A stretch of 64,000 bases of DNA, taken from contig NC_085846.1 of the NCBI RefSeq assembly GCF_035594765.1, positions 21,315,190 to 21,379,189 of the forward strand, in the 5' to 3' direction. The notes below the pieces were generated by a model. It ran no database searches, was not told the origin of the DNA, and was given only the letters and a program-made list of their open reading frames with translations. Shown piece after piece: positions 1-34,890 of the stretch. Position 1 is the stretch's first letter, and every line of letters begins with the position of its first letter. Position numbers and translations under genes: made by a program. The stretch comes from Anolis carolinensis (Eukaryota).

Positions 1-2656
1 CATTTTGGTTTTGAAATTTGAGGAGATCTAGCTAAAGACCTTTCACATCCAGCAGTCTTGAAAGGAAGCTATTCACACATTATTTGAATAATTGTTAAAT
101 TATGAATTCATCTAGTGTTATAATGTGCTTATACCCATAACTCCTATTTGGCTGAAGTCAATCCTTAATGATGAACTCTTCTGAATTCACAATATAGCAA
201 CCCAGTAACCAAATATTGTTCAAGCACTTTCTCATTGCACCCAAAATCATCCACAGTGGATTCCTGGTAGGTCATTTTCTTTTCTAGAATCCCATCTGTT
301 AGTTCTCTGCTTGTACAATTGATCCCTTATTCTCCTAAATGTCTTTCAGCCAATTTTCCCAAGATGCAGTTGTCAACCATAAAATTATATATTAATCACT
401 CCTCTTTCTTGCTTTATTTACCCTAACTACTATTGCTATTAGCACTTCCACAACTTATTTCTCTCTTACTTTGGTTAATATTTGATTACTTTGATCACCC
501 TTTCTCCTTTCTCTATCAATGTGTTATTTCTGATGAAAAGTGTCAAGAAGTCTATAAAACCGTGGTTATTGTTACAGATCTATTGAAAACAGAGAACAAA
601 GATATTTTAGCTCAGGTAAATGGACCACACTTGATAAACAGGAATTTTCCTTACCTAGACGTGCTGTGACCAATGGTATGAGAGCCCAGATGCATAAGAG
701 GGATGTCATGTTTAGGGCCATCTCCTCTCTGAAATAGTTAGACAGACAGGAGTGTTGTATTTATAAATCACATCTGGCCACTCCTTCATATCACAATCAC
801 ACATTTCTGGTGTCTGGCAGGTCACCAGGAATTCAATAGTCTTTAAGGGCTACTGCTTGACTGTTCCTTTGCTAGGCATAACAGTCAGGTGATGTTTCAT
901 CTGTGTGAAATAATGGCTAAGAGATGGTTACCTACTAGGTACAAAATCTAGCTTCATTTTTTCATGAGATACCCAGCTAAAGTTCAAGAATTTGATTCCT
1001 CTAGAGCAGAGAAGAGACAACAGATGTATGAGTGGGAGGAAGAAGAATTTATAATTTTGCAATAAGGAGAGGTGGAGTTTTTAGGTGGAGCTCCCTGAAA
1101 CGGGGCAATGCAATCCTACCAAAGGATCATCTGCATTCTAGGAGTGCCTCTTGAGTTTCATGTATGTTTGTTTGACTAGCATATTTACATTACCAATACA
1201 ACTTAGATGCCAACTGCTCTCTCAATCACTCTGTCCCTACAAATTGTTACCAATTGGAATGTGTGATCTATCTGCATTTAGAAATAGAATAAAATCCCAA
1301 TGAACTTGTTAGTTATTACTACTCAGTCTAAGGTCTGGATATTTCACCCAGGGTCTCTTTTACAACTACAAAAAGATAGCACTATGTTTCCACTTTAAAT
1401 TTCATAGTTCTACCATATGGAAGGCTGGCATTTTTCATTTAGGAAAGTAATGTAGAATTCTTAGCCAAAAAGCTTTTGTACCTCAGCAAATTACACACTC
1501 CAGCTGTCCATAGAATCTGAACTGCACCGGGTGACAACATTAGAGGGGGTGATACAAAAGTGGTTGTCTGTAAATGTTTTGTGTAGTGTTTCAGCATAAA
1601 TGTATAGATATAACCACACATATGTAAGCCCAGTTTGCATATATTGTATCAATAGAATTACAAGGCTAAAAACGGCATGCTGATTGACTTTTTGAACCGT
1701 CTAACATGCATGCACTCTGGTCTGAGCAGTCATTGTTACTCAATTATAATGATGCTTCAAATCACATGGTTACATCTCATGCTCTAAGGATGCACTGTTG
1801 TTTTCCAATGTTTTCATTGTGTCTGATTTTTATAGTTGCTAATTTGAAGAGATCCATGGAGGTGACACCATAGGTTACCCCACCAGGTGACAGCAACCCT
1901 AGTAACACCATTGCACAGGATGGCAGTTAATGTTGAAGTATAGTTCTATAATTCTGAAATGTGATAGGGTCCAAGTCCAAGTCCATGCCAATTTCTCATA
2001 TTTACCCCTTCTCTCTTTTTTGTTGTTTTAAAATGTGAGGTCTTCCAGTCATACTGGTGCTTCTCCCTTCTGCATCAGTAGTATTATGGTTGGGGGGGCA
2101 GCTAAAATGGGCAGTAGCATGATTTCATGGAGCTTGTTATACCTTGTAATTTATCACGGGAAAAGGAGTCTATAAATAAACTTGAGAACTATATAAAGTC
2201 AGTAGACTGCACATACTTTGACAACCTCTGTTTGGAACAAATTTCCTCATAAATAGAAAAGTAATAAATTAAGAAAGGGCTAAACCTTTTGGACATATTT
2301 TAATAGATTAAGAAATATTGCTTAATGTTCTTGCCTTGTTTTTAAATTTTGATGCTGCTGTTGTTTTCCCACATTGCTCACATGCTGAAACGATTCTGGA
2401 ATCTCGCTACTTTCCTTGTGGGACATACATGGGGATAGACTCCTTGCTTCCCGGTTTTTGGTTTGTCTTAGAGTTGAAAGAGTCCCCCCAAGGGCCACCC
2501 AGTCCACCCCCATTGTGCCATGCAGGAATGCACAATCAAAGCACTGCCAATAGATGACCACCTATTTCTTCACCACATGGGGCTTTTCCCCATCCTAGGA
2601 CACTGCCGGAATGCAGCCAGGACAGAGCTTGCCGGAGCCCATACATGACGCAGGGC

Positions 2657-3037
2657 TGCTTCCGGAGGGGCTCCATCATTTTTTGCAGAGATGTAGAACA
2701 GTTATGCATCATAATTTCTTGGGAAGATCATTGCTTGAGAACGACAAATTCATCATTCTTGGTCTCTCACATATACTGACTGCATCTTGTTCAGCATTTA
2801 CTTGTTGCAATCCAGGCTTAGAAGATCATAAATATTTGTTGTGGTAAAATAAATCCAAATATTTATGATCTTCTAAGCCTGGATTGCAACATGTAAATGC
2901 TGAACAAGATGCAGTCAGTATATGTGAGAGACCAAGAATGATGAATTTGTCCTTCTCAAGCAATGATCTTCCCAAGAAATTATGATGTATAACTGTTCTA
3001 CATCTCTGCAAAAAATGATGGAGCCCCTCCGGAAGCA
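2657..3037. repeat. Long inverted repeat, 182-bp arms, 17-nt spacer
   Basis: 2657-2838 is the reverse complement of 2856-3037, with 3 mismatches by eye. Confidence 0.95.
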
Positions 3038-3039
3038 AT

Positions 3040-3165
3040 AATTTCCTCATTATTGTTCACCAGCAAAAGACCTGTTTTCAGATACTCACATTGTTGTGGT
3101 AAAATGAATCCAATGTGAGTATCTGAAAACAGGTCTTTTGCTAGGTGAACAATAATGAGGAAATT
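3040..3165. repeat. Second inverted repeat, about 54-bp arms, near-identical 17-nt spacer
   Basis: 3040-3093 versus 3111-3165, one indel. Confidence 0.95.
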
Positions 3166-5487
3166 CTCTTGGATTTCTACTCCCCTTAGTTGAGAGGAGG
3201 CAGCCTGGAAATAGTTTTTCAAAAGGAGCTATGTGAGAGAGATAGGAGAAGGAAATTGCAACTGAGATACATTTATTTCAAGCTAAAAAAATTCCATTGA
3301 CATGGGAGGAATACAGATCTGCTTGGTTCAGTTCCTTAGTCTTCTGTCTTGGTAACATCCTAGGTGCTCACATCCAGGAACAACTAGTTGGCTAATCTAA
3401 TTGGCTAGTGGTTTTGGACACAAGCTGAAAAGACAAATTAGATAGTAAATTCCAGTCTGCTGATCAATTTGGCTTGGGACATATGCACAGAAGAAGACAG
3501 CCCTACTGAGTCTCATTATTCAAATCTATGACTTGCCTGTAAATGGTTATCAGAAGTAATCATCAGCATTTCCTAGGAAAAAATAATGTGGGTTTTTAAA
3601 ATTGGCAACACTTTTCTCTAAGGACCTTGGGGGACTAATGTCAGTAAGTGTATATCAGGACTGGACTACATATGGCTTTCCAAATATGGTTGGACTACAA
3701 GTCCCATCAGCCCCAGCTAGTATAGTCAATGATGGGGGAGGGTCATAAGAGATACAATCCAACCGCATCTGGATTGCCACATGGTCCCCATTCTAGGATT
3801 AAATAGGCCAAGAGAAGATCATCAAGACTAAGGATGATGGCTTTGTATCACACACCACATAGAAAGTTGCACTTCTAGTCTTGTTAGGCCACCAATGCTA
3901 GTCAGGAAGGAGGGAGAAGTTGATATCAGCCAGGTGTGAGGATAAGCCATTATGCCTTGGCATTTCACTATGATGGTAACACCTTCGTGATCAAACCATA
4001 GATTGCTCTGGTTGCAGAATATGCATAAATTTCACCTCAAGGTAGCTCAGAAACCTTCTCTGAGCTATAGGCCTGGTTAGTGCTTGGCTAGGAGACTTCC
4101 ATCAAATAGCGGTTGCTTAGGTTATGCTTTGCAAAAAGGAACTGGTAAAACCACCTGTGAGTATTCCTTGCTTAAGGAAACCTTATGAAATTCCTCAGCT
4201 CATCATAAACGACTTGATGGCACATGCAAACACAAACTAAGGAAGTTCTGATTTCATGGGAGAAGGGATTTCATCAACCCCATTGTCATGATCCGATCAT
4301 TTCATCGTGCAGTTTTATTTGGTATGAGCAGAACATTATTGTAGCATCGGAGGAGGGTGGTCCATTCTTGGAGATCTATGAAATCTGAATAAATGATCAG
4401 TGATCCACCAGTACATTCTACAATGGTCCACCTAAATTACCCTTGTGAGTTTTCTGTTGTCTGTAGATTACTATGCTAATTGTGAAATGCCTTAACATAT
4501 CCTGATCTAACCACTGATCTAAATGAACTGTGATGTGCCTTAATGTGCTCCAAGCTGTCCTAAAAGGGCAATCCCCAGCTAGTTTGCAATATTCCTTGTC
4601 TCAGAACAGACTTTTGCACAAATCAACAGCTCTAATCTACAATACCTGGCTTGAGATTTCATAGATAAACATGGAGAAATGGCTTTAATGTCTGAACTCT
4701 ACATCCCCATTTTTCTCATTGAGTGATCTCTCTCCTGACATCATACAGATACTATACTTTTAACTGAAACAATTGCTATTTCCTCTACATCATGCATAGC
4801 TCAACTTCTTTCTTGGTGATCTTGGATTGCACATACCAGACCACAGGTAGTGTAATGCTTTGAATTCATGGAAACCCATTGGATGACCCTGGGCAAATCA
4901 TGCATTTAGAATGAGACAATGGCAACCCCCCTCTGAAGAAATCTTGGCAAGAAACCACAATGGAAAGAAGTCACCTTGTGGTTACATAACAATAGTAACA
5001 ACAACAAATTACAAATAATTTGTGAATAATGTTCACAGACAATAATCTCAATGTATCCTTTCCTAATAGGGTAAAAACAGATTGCTGCTTTTACCAACGT
5101 TCTTCGCGCATGTTGGCTGAGAATGGTGAGGGCTGTTGTTCTCAAGATGGGGAGCATGTTATTTGTGAAAGCTGGTCAATTGCAGTTACAGACAGCCCTC
5201 CACATTTGCAGCTTTAACTTTTACAGATTTGATTATTCACAGATTTGATAAAAAAAATCTCTCTAGGAATCTCTACATCCTCCAGTGTGAATCTATGGTC
5301 AACTTTAGTGAAAAGTTGAGCATAGAGTTGTGTTGAAGAACCCAGAGATTCCTAGAGAGATGTTTTGTCCATTTTTCACTTTTGTAGGAGTCTTGAGCCC
5401 CTAACTCTAGTGTATGTGGAGGCCTGACTGTAGTTGACTGTGAGAGAACAATATACCACATCCCCATCTGATTTTCCATTTCTTGAA

Positions 5488-27049
<21,562 letters not shown>

Positions 27050-27099
27050 CTCACTGTAGCTTGCTGGTAAGTTTGTAGGATGTGAATGATACCTGTAGC

Positions 27100-27105
27100 T
27101 ATATA
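27100..27105 (-). promoter_or_regulatory. Putative TATA box of FN2 gene
   Basis: TATATA about 50 nt upstream of the ATG; positional inference only. Confidence 0.35.
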
Positions 27106-27932
27106 ATCTCTGCTTGGCTTCTCCCCATATTTCCTTCTCAATTCAAGCTATCATTTCCTCCATCCTAGAAGAACTACAACAAATTAATCTTATTCCCTTT
27201 TAGCCTCCTGGAGATGTGTAATGGCTGGTTGCCATTTTCTTCTGAAGCTGTCAGGTCACCACAGACTGGTAGTTGTGTATAGAATGATGGGAAAGACAGC
27301 TCCCTGAATTTTCCACAGGTTACTCTGAGATATACTTTAACCAGCTTTTGTCAAAATCTGGTTTTATTAGATTTATTAGATTCCAGGGCCTATTATAATC
27401 AGCCATGGAATTGAAATTGTAAAATGCCAGGAGGGTTGAGGCTGGTCAGGGAAGTTCTAGCCAGAATTCTGTTCCCTAAGATCTACCTGGAATCCTTTGC
27501 AGAGTCCTTAGCTACTGCTGTGCTCAAGACTATACAAATAATGCAGTTTCACCCTGGAATAACTACAGTTATCTGTAAGGATGATTTCATTAATACTCAT
27601 CTTCTGAGTATTGTTTTATTTCATCAAAGCACCAGTAGCAGTTGATAGTCCTTGTGTTAGTAGGACAGCAAATCTGGTCTTGGTTTCAGTCTGGATTTTA
27701 AAAGAGCTACCCAAAGTACTAGCGTCTCTCAGGGGAAAAGTGGCATCCAAAATTCAGTAGGGACTTGGCTGGATAACAGGAATTCAAATTTACAGATTTG
27801 CGGTAGCTTTCAGTATGAACTCTGAAAAAATAATCCAAAATGAAGAACCTTGTCCCAAATCCACACATGTTATTTCGTGCAGTTCACTCATTTCAATACA
27901 TTTGTAACAAATATCATTTCATTTATATCAAT

Positions 27933-28262
27933 GGAGCCCCGGTAGTGAAGTGTGTTAAAGCACTGAGTTGCTGAACTTGCAGACCGAAAGGTCCCAGGTT
28001 CAAATCCCGGGAGCGGAATGAGCGCCCGCTGTTAGCTCCAGCTTCTGCCAACCTAGCAGTTCGAAAACATGCTAATGTGAGTAGATCAATAGGTACCGCT
28101 CAGGCAGGAAGGTAACAGCGCTCCATGCAGTCATGCCGGCCACATGACCTTGGAGTGTCTACAGACAACGCCAGCTCTTCAGCTTAGAAATGGAGATGAG
28201 ACCAACCCCCAGAGTCAGACATGACTGGACTTAACATCAGGGGAAACCTTTACCTTTACCTT
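27933..28262 (+). mobile_element. Sauria SINE
   Basis: Same family as 9036-9365, ACCTTT tail. Confidence 0.85.
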
Positions 28263-28423
28263 ATATCAATGAATTCATTCAATCTCCATGAATAGTTCAG
28301 AGATCAGCAATTTTTGCAGGCAAGAAAGTAGGCAGATTCAATTCCAAAATCTTATCTGTTCGGTTGAATGTAACAAATCTTCTTCCATATAAATGTATGT
28401 CTGTTAATTAGCTTCCCTTAGCC

Positions 28424-28554
28424 CAGTGGGTTTCAACCTGGGGTCCCCAGATGTTTTTGGCCTTCAGCTCCCAGAAATACAGCTGGTAAACTGGCTGGGA
28501 TTTCTGGGAGTTGTGGGCCAAAAACATCTGGGGACTCCAGGTTGAGAACCACTG
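28424..28554. mobile_element. Palindromic hAT MITE
   Basis: CAGTGG...CCACTG termini; perfect 8-bp TSD ccttagcc. Confidence 0.85.
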
Positions 28555-30352
28555 CCTTAGCCAGATACCTTTCAGGTGCATTGATAGTGACTGTTGGCAG
28601 CTCTGATGTCATTGGGATAGTAAATCCACTTCAGGGTTTAATCTGAACTTTACCATACCTATTCAACATGTAGCCTCCGTCCTGTGGATACAGTTCAGCA
28701 CTTTAGCTAGTTCCTTTCAATGTCACACTAAAACCTGCATCCGATTGAGCTCCCCCTTGACATCCGAGTCACTAGCCATCATGGTGTAATTAAGTGAATC
28801 TCCCATCTTCCCTTGTCTGCCAATGACAACAGCATGACCCCGATCCCTATCTCTATATATTTAACCAACATGGTTGAAAGTCCATGCAGAAAAGGCAAAC
28901 AAATATACATAAAACTGGCATAAAAATAATGCCACGCCCATTTTAATGCCAATGACTGTAAGATGACTGGAGTTCAATGCATTCAGACCCTAATGCCTTA
29001 CCAGGCTATGCAATTACTATTCTGTTTCTATGGCAAGCCTATCAGACTGCAATCCATACTTTATGGAAGCCATTCACACTGCAGCTATCAGCCTCCTTAA
29101 ACATTTAGTCATCTGACTCCAAGGACTAATTCTAACCTCTGAATGTCTTAATCTATTATGTCTAACCCCATGTTTACATTCCCCAGTTGCTTCTTTGAAG
29201 TTTGACCTTTGATTATTGACTGCACAACTGTTTATGGCCCATTTGAACCAGAAGACAATTCCCTGGGTATCAGAACCTGACTGCCGGACTACTTAGATTT
29301 GCTAAAGGCTGGTAGTATCCTCTAGTAACTCTTGCCTTGGGGACAGTATTACCATGAATGCTGAAAATGTTCTAAATATGCTTGGCTTATCACCAGTTCC
29401 GTGTGGACTTTGGATCTTGAGTCGATTTCAACCCAATTGTCTTAGAAATTACTCAGCACACAAATGACCAAAGAATATCTATAAAAAATCTCTATCTCCG
29501 AAGCTTGGAAGGATGAAGCTAAGCTGCCTGTAAGAGTTAAATAAATACATCACCCATTTAGAAAGAGGTTTGTCCAGAAAACAAAGCAATATAGAAGGTC
29601 ACCTCCACATATTGTTTCACCCAACAGGATCTCCATTCATCCAGTTACATTGACAAATGAGCCCTTGACATTTCATTTCTCCCACTTCTTCCATGTTTGC
29701 AGGTGGCTCTGGGGCTGAATGTATGATCAGACAGTTGGAGTCCACAGAAATCTGGGACTATCCAAAGAAGGCTGACCCAGGGCAAATCTAATATGATTCA
29801 TTGCATTCTCTGGCCTGCATCCAACTGCCAATCCTAAACAGAGTTGAACTAAATAAGCTAATGAATGGTAAGTCACATCCTATCCTGCTTTGTTCCCTTC
29901 TCACCTGGAATGCTTTGTCCAGTTCTTGGCACTACAATTCAGGAAAGATATTGACAAGCTGGAACATGTCCAGTGTAGGGCAACCAAAATGATCAGAGGT
30001 GTGGAAACTATGTCTCTTGTGGCCTCTTGCAACACTATGATTCTGTGAATCTATAACTCTGTTTCTTCATAGACCAGTCTATCTGCACATCTCACTTTTG
30101 AATATGACTACAGGCAATTACTTCCCCAAGCCTCAACAAACTGAGCTTTCATTTCTTGAGCTTGATTCCAACTGTGGGCCAGGGATTCAACTGTAACATT
30201 TCAATTCACTTTAACATATGGATGAAGGCATTCAAACATTGCTGGCTTTTACGAGGGCGCATATCTCTCAACTGTAGGCCCTCATGAGAGTCAGTGTGGC
30301 AGACTTCAGATGCAATCAGAAGACAGGATGCCACTGTGGTATGCTCTGAATA

Positions 30353-30358
30353 TTTATT
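30353..30358 (-). terminator. PolyA signal (AATAAA) of SNAD-like gene
   Basis: TTTATT on + strand about 120 nt past the stop codon. Confidence 0.6.
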
Positions 30359-30474
30359 GAGTCAACAGCAAGGCAGATATCTACAAGAAATATCACATCC
30401 AAAGCACAATTTGGTGGAAGCAAAGCTGTGGGTGCCAGATTGTGCCTTGTTGCTAACTAAGCCCATAAGGCAGT

Positions 30475-32742
30475 TTAGCGGCTATAGCAGGGGCTTCTGA
30501 TTTCTGGTAGATTATTGTCAAAACACTGGATGCAATTATTTCTATTGCACTTGAATAGTGGGGCATGCCGGATTTTTTTCCAGGCATTAATCACCACTTC
30601 AGCCCGTTTCTCTTCATCTTTATAATATATAGTTTCAAATACAAAAGCCCTGGAATTCTCACTGTACCTGTTAAAAATAGGGTTGAGAATCTGAACAATA
30701 TTATTCATGTCATTCATATTGAGACACCGATCTACACAGGGGGATGATTTGCTGAAAAAGATGAAGCAGCTATTCTGGCCCCCATTAGCTAGCAGCTTTT
30801 CTACTGGGCTGTTCTTGCCTCCATTAAGCAAACGCCACTCAGCATGCTTTCTGGGCAATTCCTTATCTGGCCTAGCAGCAATGATATTTTTTATTTTATT
30901 TGGGATATATATGCCATTCTTCTCCTTAATAGCATTCTTCATCTGTAGCATCTCATTGTCAGGCAAGACAGCTTCCAGGTTCGTTGGATTAGGATTGCTG
31001 CAGTACTTTTTATCCAGCCTTACAGCCACAGCATACTGGTATCGGTCTTCAAGTCCATACCTAAAATGAATAATAGAAATGATAACATTGAACTGCACTG
31101 CTGAGTGAACAAAAATTAAGTAAGGCCTTCGACAAGGTCCCCCATGACCTTCTGGCAAAGAAACTAGTCAAATGTGGGCTAGGCAAAACTATGGTTAGGT
31201 GGATCTGTAATTGGCTAAGCGAACGAACCCAAAGGGTTCAACTATATTCCCCACCCCCACCAATTGATTTTACCATTTTATATAAGGGGCACCATTTTAC
31301 TATGTAGTTGCATATAACGTGACTTGAGCATTCATGCATTTTGCTATCCACAGGGAATCTTGCAATCAAACGCCAGTGGATACCAATTGCACAGTGTATT
31401 TTGAAATTTGTGATTAAATTAATTCTTCAAGGGAAAGGGTTCATGTCTTTCATCAAATCTTAAATTCAAAAAAAGAAGTTAAGAATCACTGGTATGAAAT
31501 TTCCTCATTGCCCTTTATTAGGAATTAAATCAAATCTACTAAATGAAATATATACAAGAATACCCATACCATACAGATTAGCTAGTATTCAGTTAATAAC
31601 ATACATAGGCATAAGTCCATCTTATCCCTGTGGATGTTTTTTGTTTGTTTGTTTTTGTGGTTATCATGGAGGTTGCTGTTCTTTTCCAGTCTTCACAATG
31701 ACCAAAATCCCAGCCTGAAGGAGATCGCTAGAACAGGAGATCTCTAGAACAGATCACCTGAACACTTCCAGCAGCCAGGAGTGATGTAAATCCTGGTTTA
31801 CTGTTAGTAAAAAATATATTAGTTTATGCTTTTTGCATAAAGAGCATGCATGCTCTGTAAGGTTTCAACTGATGTGGTTTTGAGATTTCTATTGTAGCTC
31901 CATGACTGTCTTTCAACTGAAAGAAGAATAATTGTAACAAATTCCTCACCATCTGATGTAGTCAATGATCGTCTTCAGATGTCTTGTGTCTATGGCTTCA
32001 AAGGCTCCATTCTCCAAAGAAAGTAAGACAACCACCCAGAAGAAAGTGAAGGATGGCCAGTGTCGGATTGTCTGTCAAAAAGGAGCAGCAAAGTATTTAT
32101 GGGTCAAGAGCACAATCAAATGAAGTATCCAGGGAGCAAGGGCTCAAAAACTCTGAAGAGTAGACTAGAGATCTAATGAGTTTTGTTAAGAAAGGCTTGG
32201 ATGCAAATATGAGAAGAATAAAATACCTTAATCTTAAAGTGGGGGTGGATCATATATAGATGTTCAGAAAAGAGAGTGCATCTATACCAGACATGGGCAA
32301 ACTTTGGCCCTCTAAGTGTTTTAGATTTCAACTCCCACAATTCCTAACAGCCGGTAGATTGTAAGGAATTATGTGAGTTGAAGTCCAAAGCACCTGGAGG
32401 GCCAAAGTTTATCCATGCCTGATCTATACTGTAAGAAAAAAAGCCCTTTATCTGCTTCATAACCCTTTTCCACATGCATTTTTTTAAAAGACAAATTGTG
32501 TCCCTTAGCTAACAAGTCATACAAAGGATAAATAGCATTACATTTTAAGAATTCAGCAACAATAAGAAAAAACATGGATAACACATCTAGATTAAAAAGA
32601 AAAGTTAACATTAAAAATACACAATCTATCCCTTCATCCAAAATTGCATAGAGAGCACATTTACGGTTGTAATGGTCCAAAAAATTAAATTGAAAAATTG
32701 CTCTGTAAGTGCAGTGCAGGGATTACTTACCATAACATTCAT
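30475..32742 (-). CDS. SNAD1: Secreted AID/APOBEC-like deaminase (SNAD1-like); exons 32742-32731, 32071-31950, 31060-30475; about 239 aa
   Basis: ATG|GTAAGT first exon. Exon 2 encodes signal peptide TIRHWPSFTFFWVVVLLSLENGAFEA. A phase-2 junction leads to YGLEDRYQYAVAV. Zn/catalytic motif HAEWRLL...FFSKSSPCVDRC and Cys-rich C-terminus CNRNNCIQC...PC. The subfamily call is from motif recognition, not a database search. Confidence 0.82.
32288..32421. mobile_element. hAT MITE in SNAD intron 1
   Basis: CAG.CATGG...CCATGCCTG termini; 8-bp TSD atctatac. Confidence 0.8.
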
Positions 32743-32787
32743 TATAAGAAAGGGATCTGTCTTCTTTCAAAAATTGAAATGTCACCT

Positions 32788-33341
32788 AGGGCCCTTCCAC
32801 ACAGCCATATAACCCAGAATATCAAGGCAGAAAATCCCACAATATCTGCTTTGAACTGAGTTATCTGAGTTCACAATGCCATATATTCCAGTTTAAAGCA
32901 GATAATGTGGGATTTTAGTCCGCTGTGTAGAAGGGGCCTCATGAGCAGGGACAAGTCCCCAATTTTGGGGTTTTTTTTAGTGTTGCCTCGTCTTTCCTGT
33001 AAGTGCCAATTTAATTGTGCCAAATTAAATATGAAGAAGCTGCAGTTACGCCAAAGCATACAGGGTTCATGAAAAAGATACTGCTGTCACAAATTTTTAA
33101 AAGGGGAATTCCTAGAGAACAAGAGAAGTCCCAACAAACTGGAAGAAGGCCAAGAAGGGAGTAAAAAAGGACGCAAACAATTACTTTCTAGGGCCCTTCC
33201 ACACAGCCATAAAATCCAGGATATCAAGGCAGAAAATCCCACAATATCTGCTTTGAACTGTGTTATCTGAGTCCACACTGCCATATATTCCAGTTCAAAG
33301 CAGAAAATGTGGGATTTTATTCAGCTGTGTGGAAGGGGCCC
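32788..33341. mobile_element. Two copies (about 32788-32939 and 33190-33341) of a roughly 150-bp MITE, possibly PIF/Harbinger type; relatives at about 24095-24246, 24998-25135, 36924-37044 and 60511-60650
   Basis: GGGCCCTTCCACACAGC...GCTGTGTRGAAGGGGCC inverted termini. Confidence 0.7.
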
Positions 33342-33399
33342 TAATCAGCCAGACAACAATACCAGGAGATATCCTAGAACAAATCACTAAACAGACCGT

Positions 33400-34665
33400 C
33401 TGTACACATTTAGAAAGGAATGCCATGCAAGTCATGCAAGGTTAACCTTATATCCTTTTTGATAGAGCTCCAAGCTTGATAGCTGAAGGCAATGCTGTGG
33501 ATGTAACATATCTTGATTCCTGTAAGGTCTTCCACAAGGATATTCTCACAAAGATGCTAATAAAATGTGAGCTAGACCACTGCTTCTTAAACTCTGAGCC
33601 CCAACCCCAAATGGAGTCTCCTTATTTCAACATTGGGGGTCACAAAAATGGCAAGAGTAAAAAGGTTTCTGAATGCCACCCATTTACACAAATCTGCTAG
33701 CAACAACATGCAGGATTTATAGTGGACTGTGCAGAACATGTTTCAGCTGTACTACACAAAAAGAAAATATTTAGACTATTTTATACGCCTCTATACCTGG
33801 GATAACATAAAAATGGGTGGGAAGGTGTTATGAGTGGGAAAGTTTAAGAAACCCTGGGCTAGACAATGCTTCTGTTAGATGGATTGGAAATTGGTTAACT
33901 GACCAAACTTATGACCTTATCACATGGGGGACCTCCATTCTATGCCATTTCATCAGCAAGCATGGCAAAATGACAGGCACAATGGGCATCTTGTTTTGCC
34001 ATGCTTGCATCTCCATTGCCCTGCACACCGCTCTGGCAGAGCGACACTTCGCCCATCACACGGAGGAAGCATTGCCCAAACCGGGCCGAAGTGTGCTGGC
34101 TCCATTGGAGTCAGCACAACACAGGAAGGCTCCCATGTTTGGAGGGAAGTGTCCAAGGACACATCCAAGGACGCTTCTACCCTGATTGGGGGCAGGGCTT
34201 CTGCAAGAAGTCACACAACATTGTTTGATGACAGGCGTGTGGCTCCATCTCCGAAGCATGCTTGAAGCATCCTAGGATACGTGATTTGGTCAGTATGATG
34301 AGATCCCTGAAAGGGTTACTAATGGCTCCTCTTCGTCCTGGAGTAAAGTAACTAATCCCACAGAATTCTCTCCTAGGCCCAGTCCTATTCAATATCTTTA
34401 TCAATGACTTGGACAATGGAATAGGGGTCATGTTTATCAAATTAGCAGATGTCACCAAAATGGAAGAAATGGCTAATATCCCAGAAGACAGGACCAGAAT
34501 CTAAACTGATCTTCATAGATTAAAGAGCTGGCCCAAAGCTAACAAAAACGAATTTCAATAGGGAAAAATCTGTGGTACTACACTTCGGCAGAAAAAAATT
34601 AAATACACAGATATAAAATGGGTGATAGTTCTAGTGAAAAAAATGCATGTGAACTGGATCTAGGA
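33400..34665 (+). mobile_element. Old fragmented CR1 LINE ORF2 remnants interrupted by other insertions
   Basis: Decayed CR1 RT peptides (EGNAVDVTYLD, LDNASVRWIGNWL, LGPVLFNIFINDLD). Confidence 0.7.
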
Positions 34666-34762
34666 GTTTGAGACCCCATCTCCATTGCCATATAATGCAG
34701 TTTGTAACTGCATTATATGGCCCATGTAGACTTGTATAAGGCAGTTTAGCTGCATTGATCTG

Positions 34763-34763
<1 letters not shown>

Positions 34764-34829
<66 letters not shown>

Positions 34830-34890
34830 TATTTATACCCCGCCACCATCTCCCCAAAGGGACTCGGGGCGGCTTACATGGGGCCCTGCC
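34764..34890 (-). mobile_element. LINE/SINE 3' end (L2-related) with (TTA)n tail; similar ends at about 8014-8085, 12740-12825, 49367-49495 and 61290-61400
   Basis: (AAT)n followed by tttat..ccccgcc.ccatctcccc.aagggactc.gggc.gcttaca. Confidence 0.6.

Noticed and set aside
2611-3050. Pair of near-identical ORFs on opposite strands (78 and 74 aa)
   Set aside because: By-product of the inverted repeat; no recognisable domain.
27270-27310. AVFPIILYTT on the minus strand as a degenerate FN2 exon
   Set aside because: No Cys or Trp pattern, early stop, and it lies upstream of the signal-peptide exon.
31061-31158. N-terminal 33 aa of ORF 30475..31158 (MPEGHGG...)
   Set aside because: Intronic; a ttttag acceptor at 31060 and an in-phase signal-peptide exon upstream give the real N-terminus.
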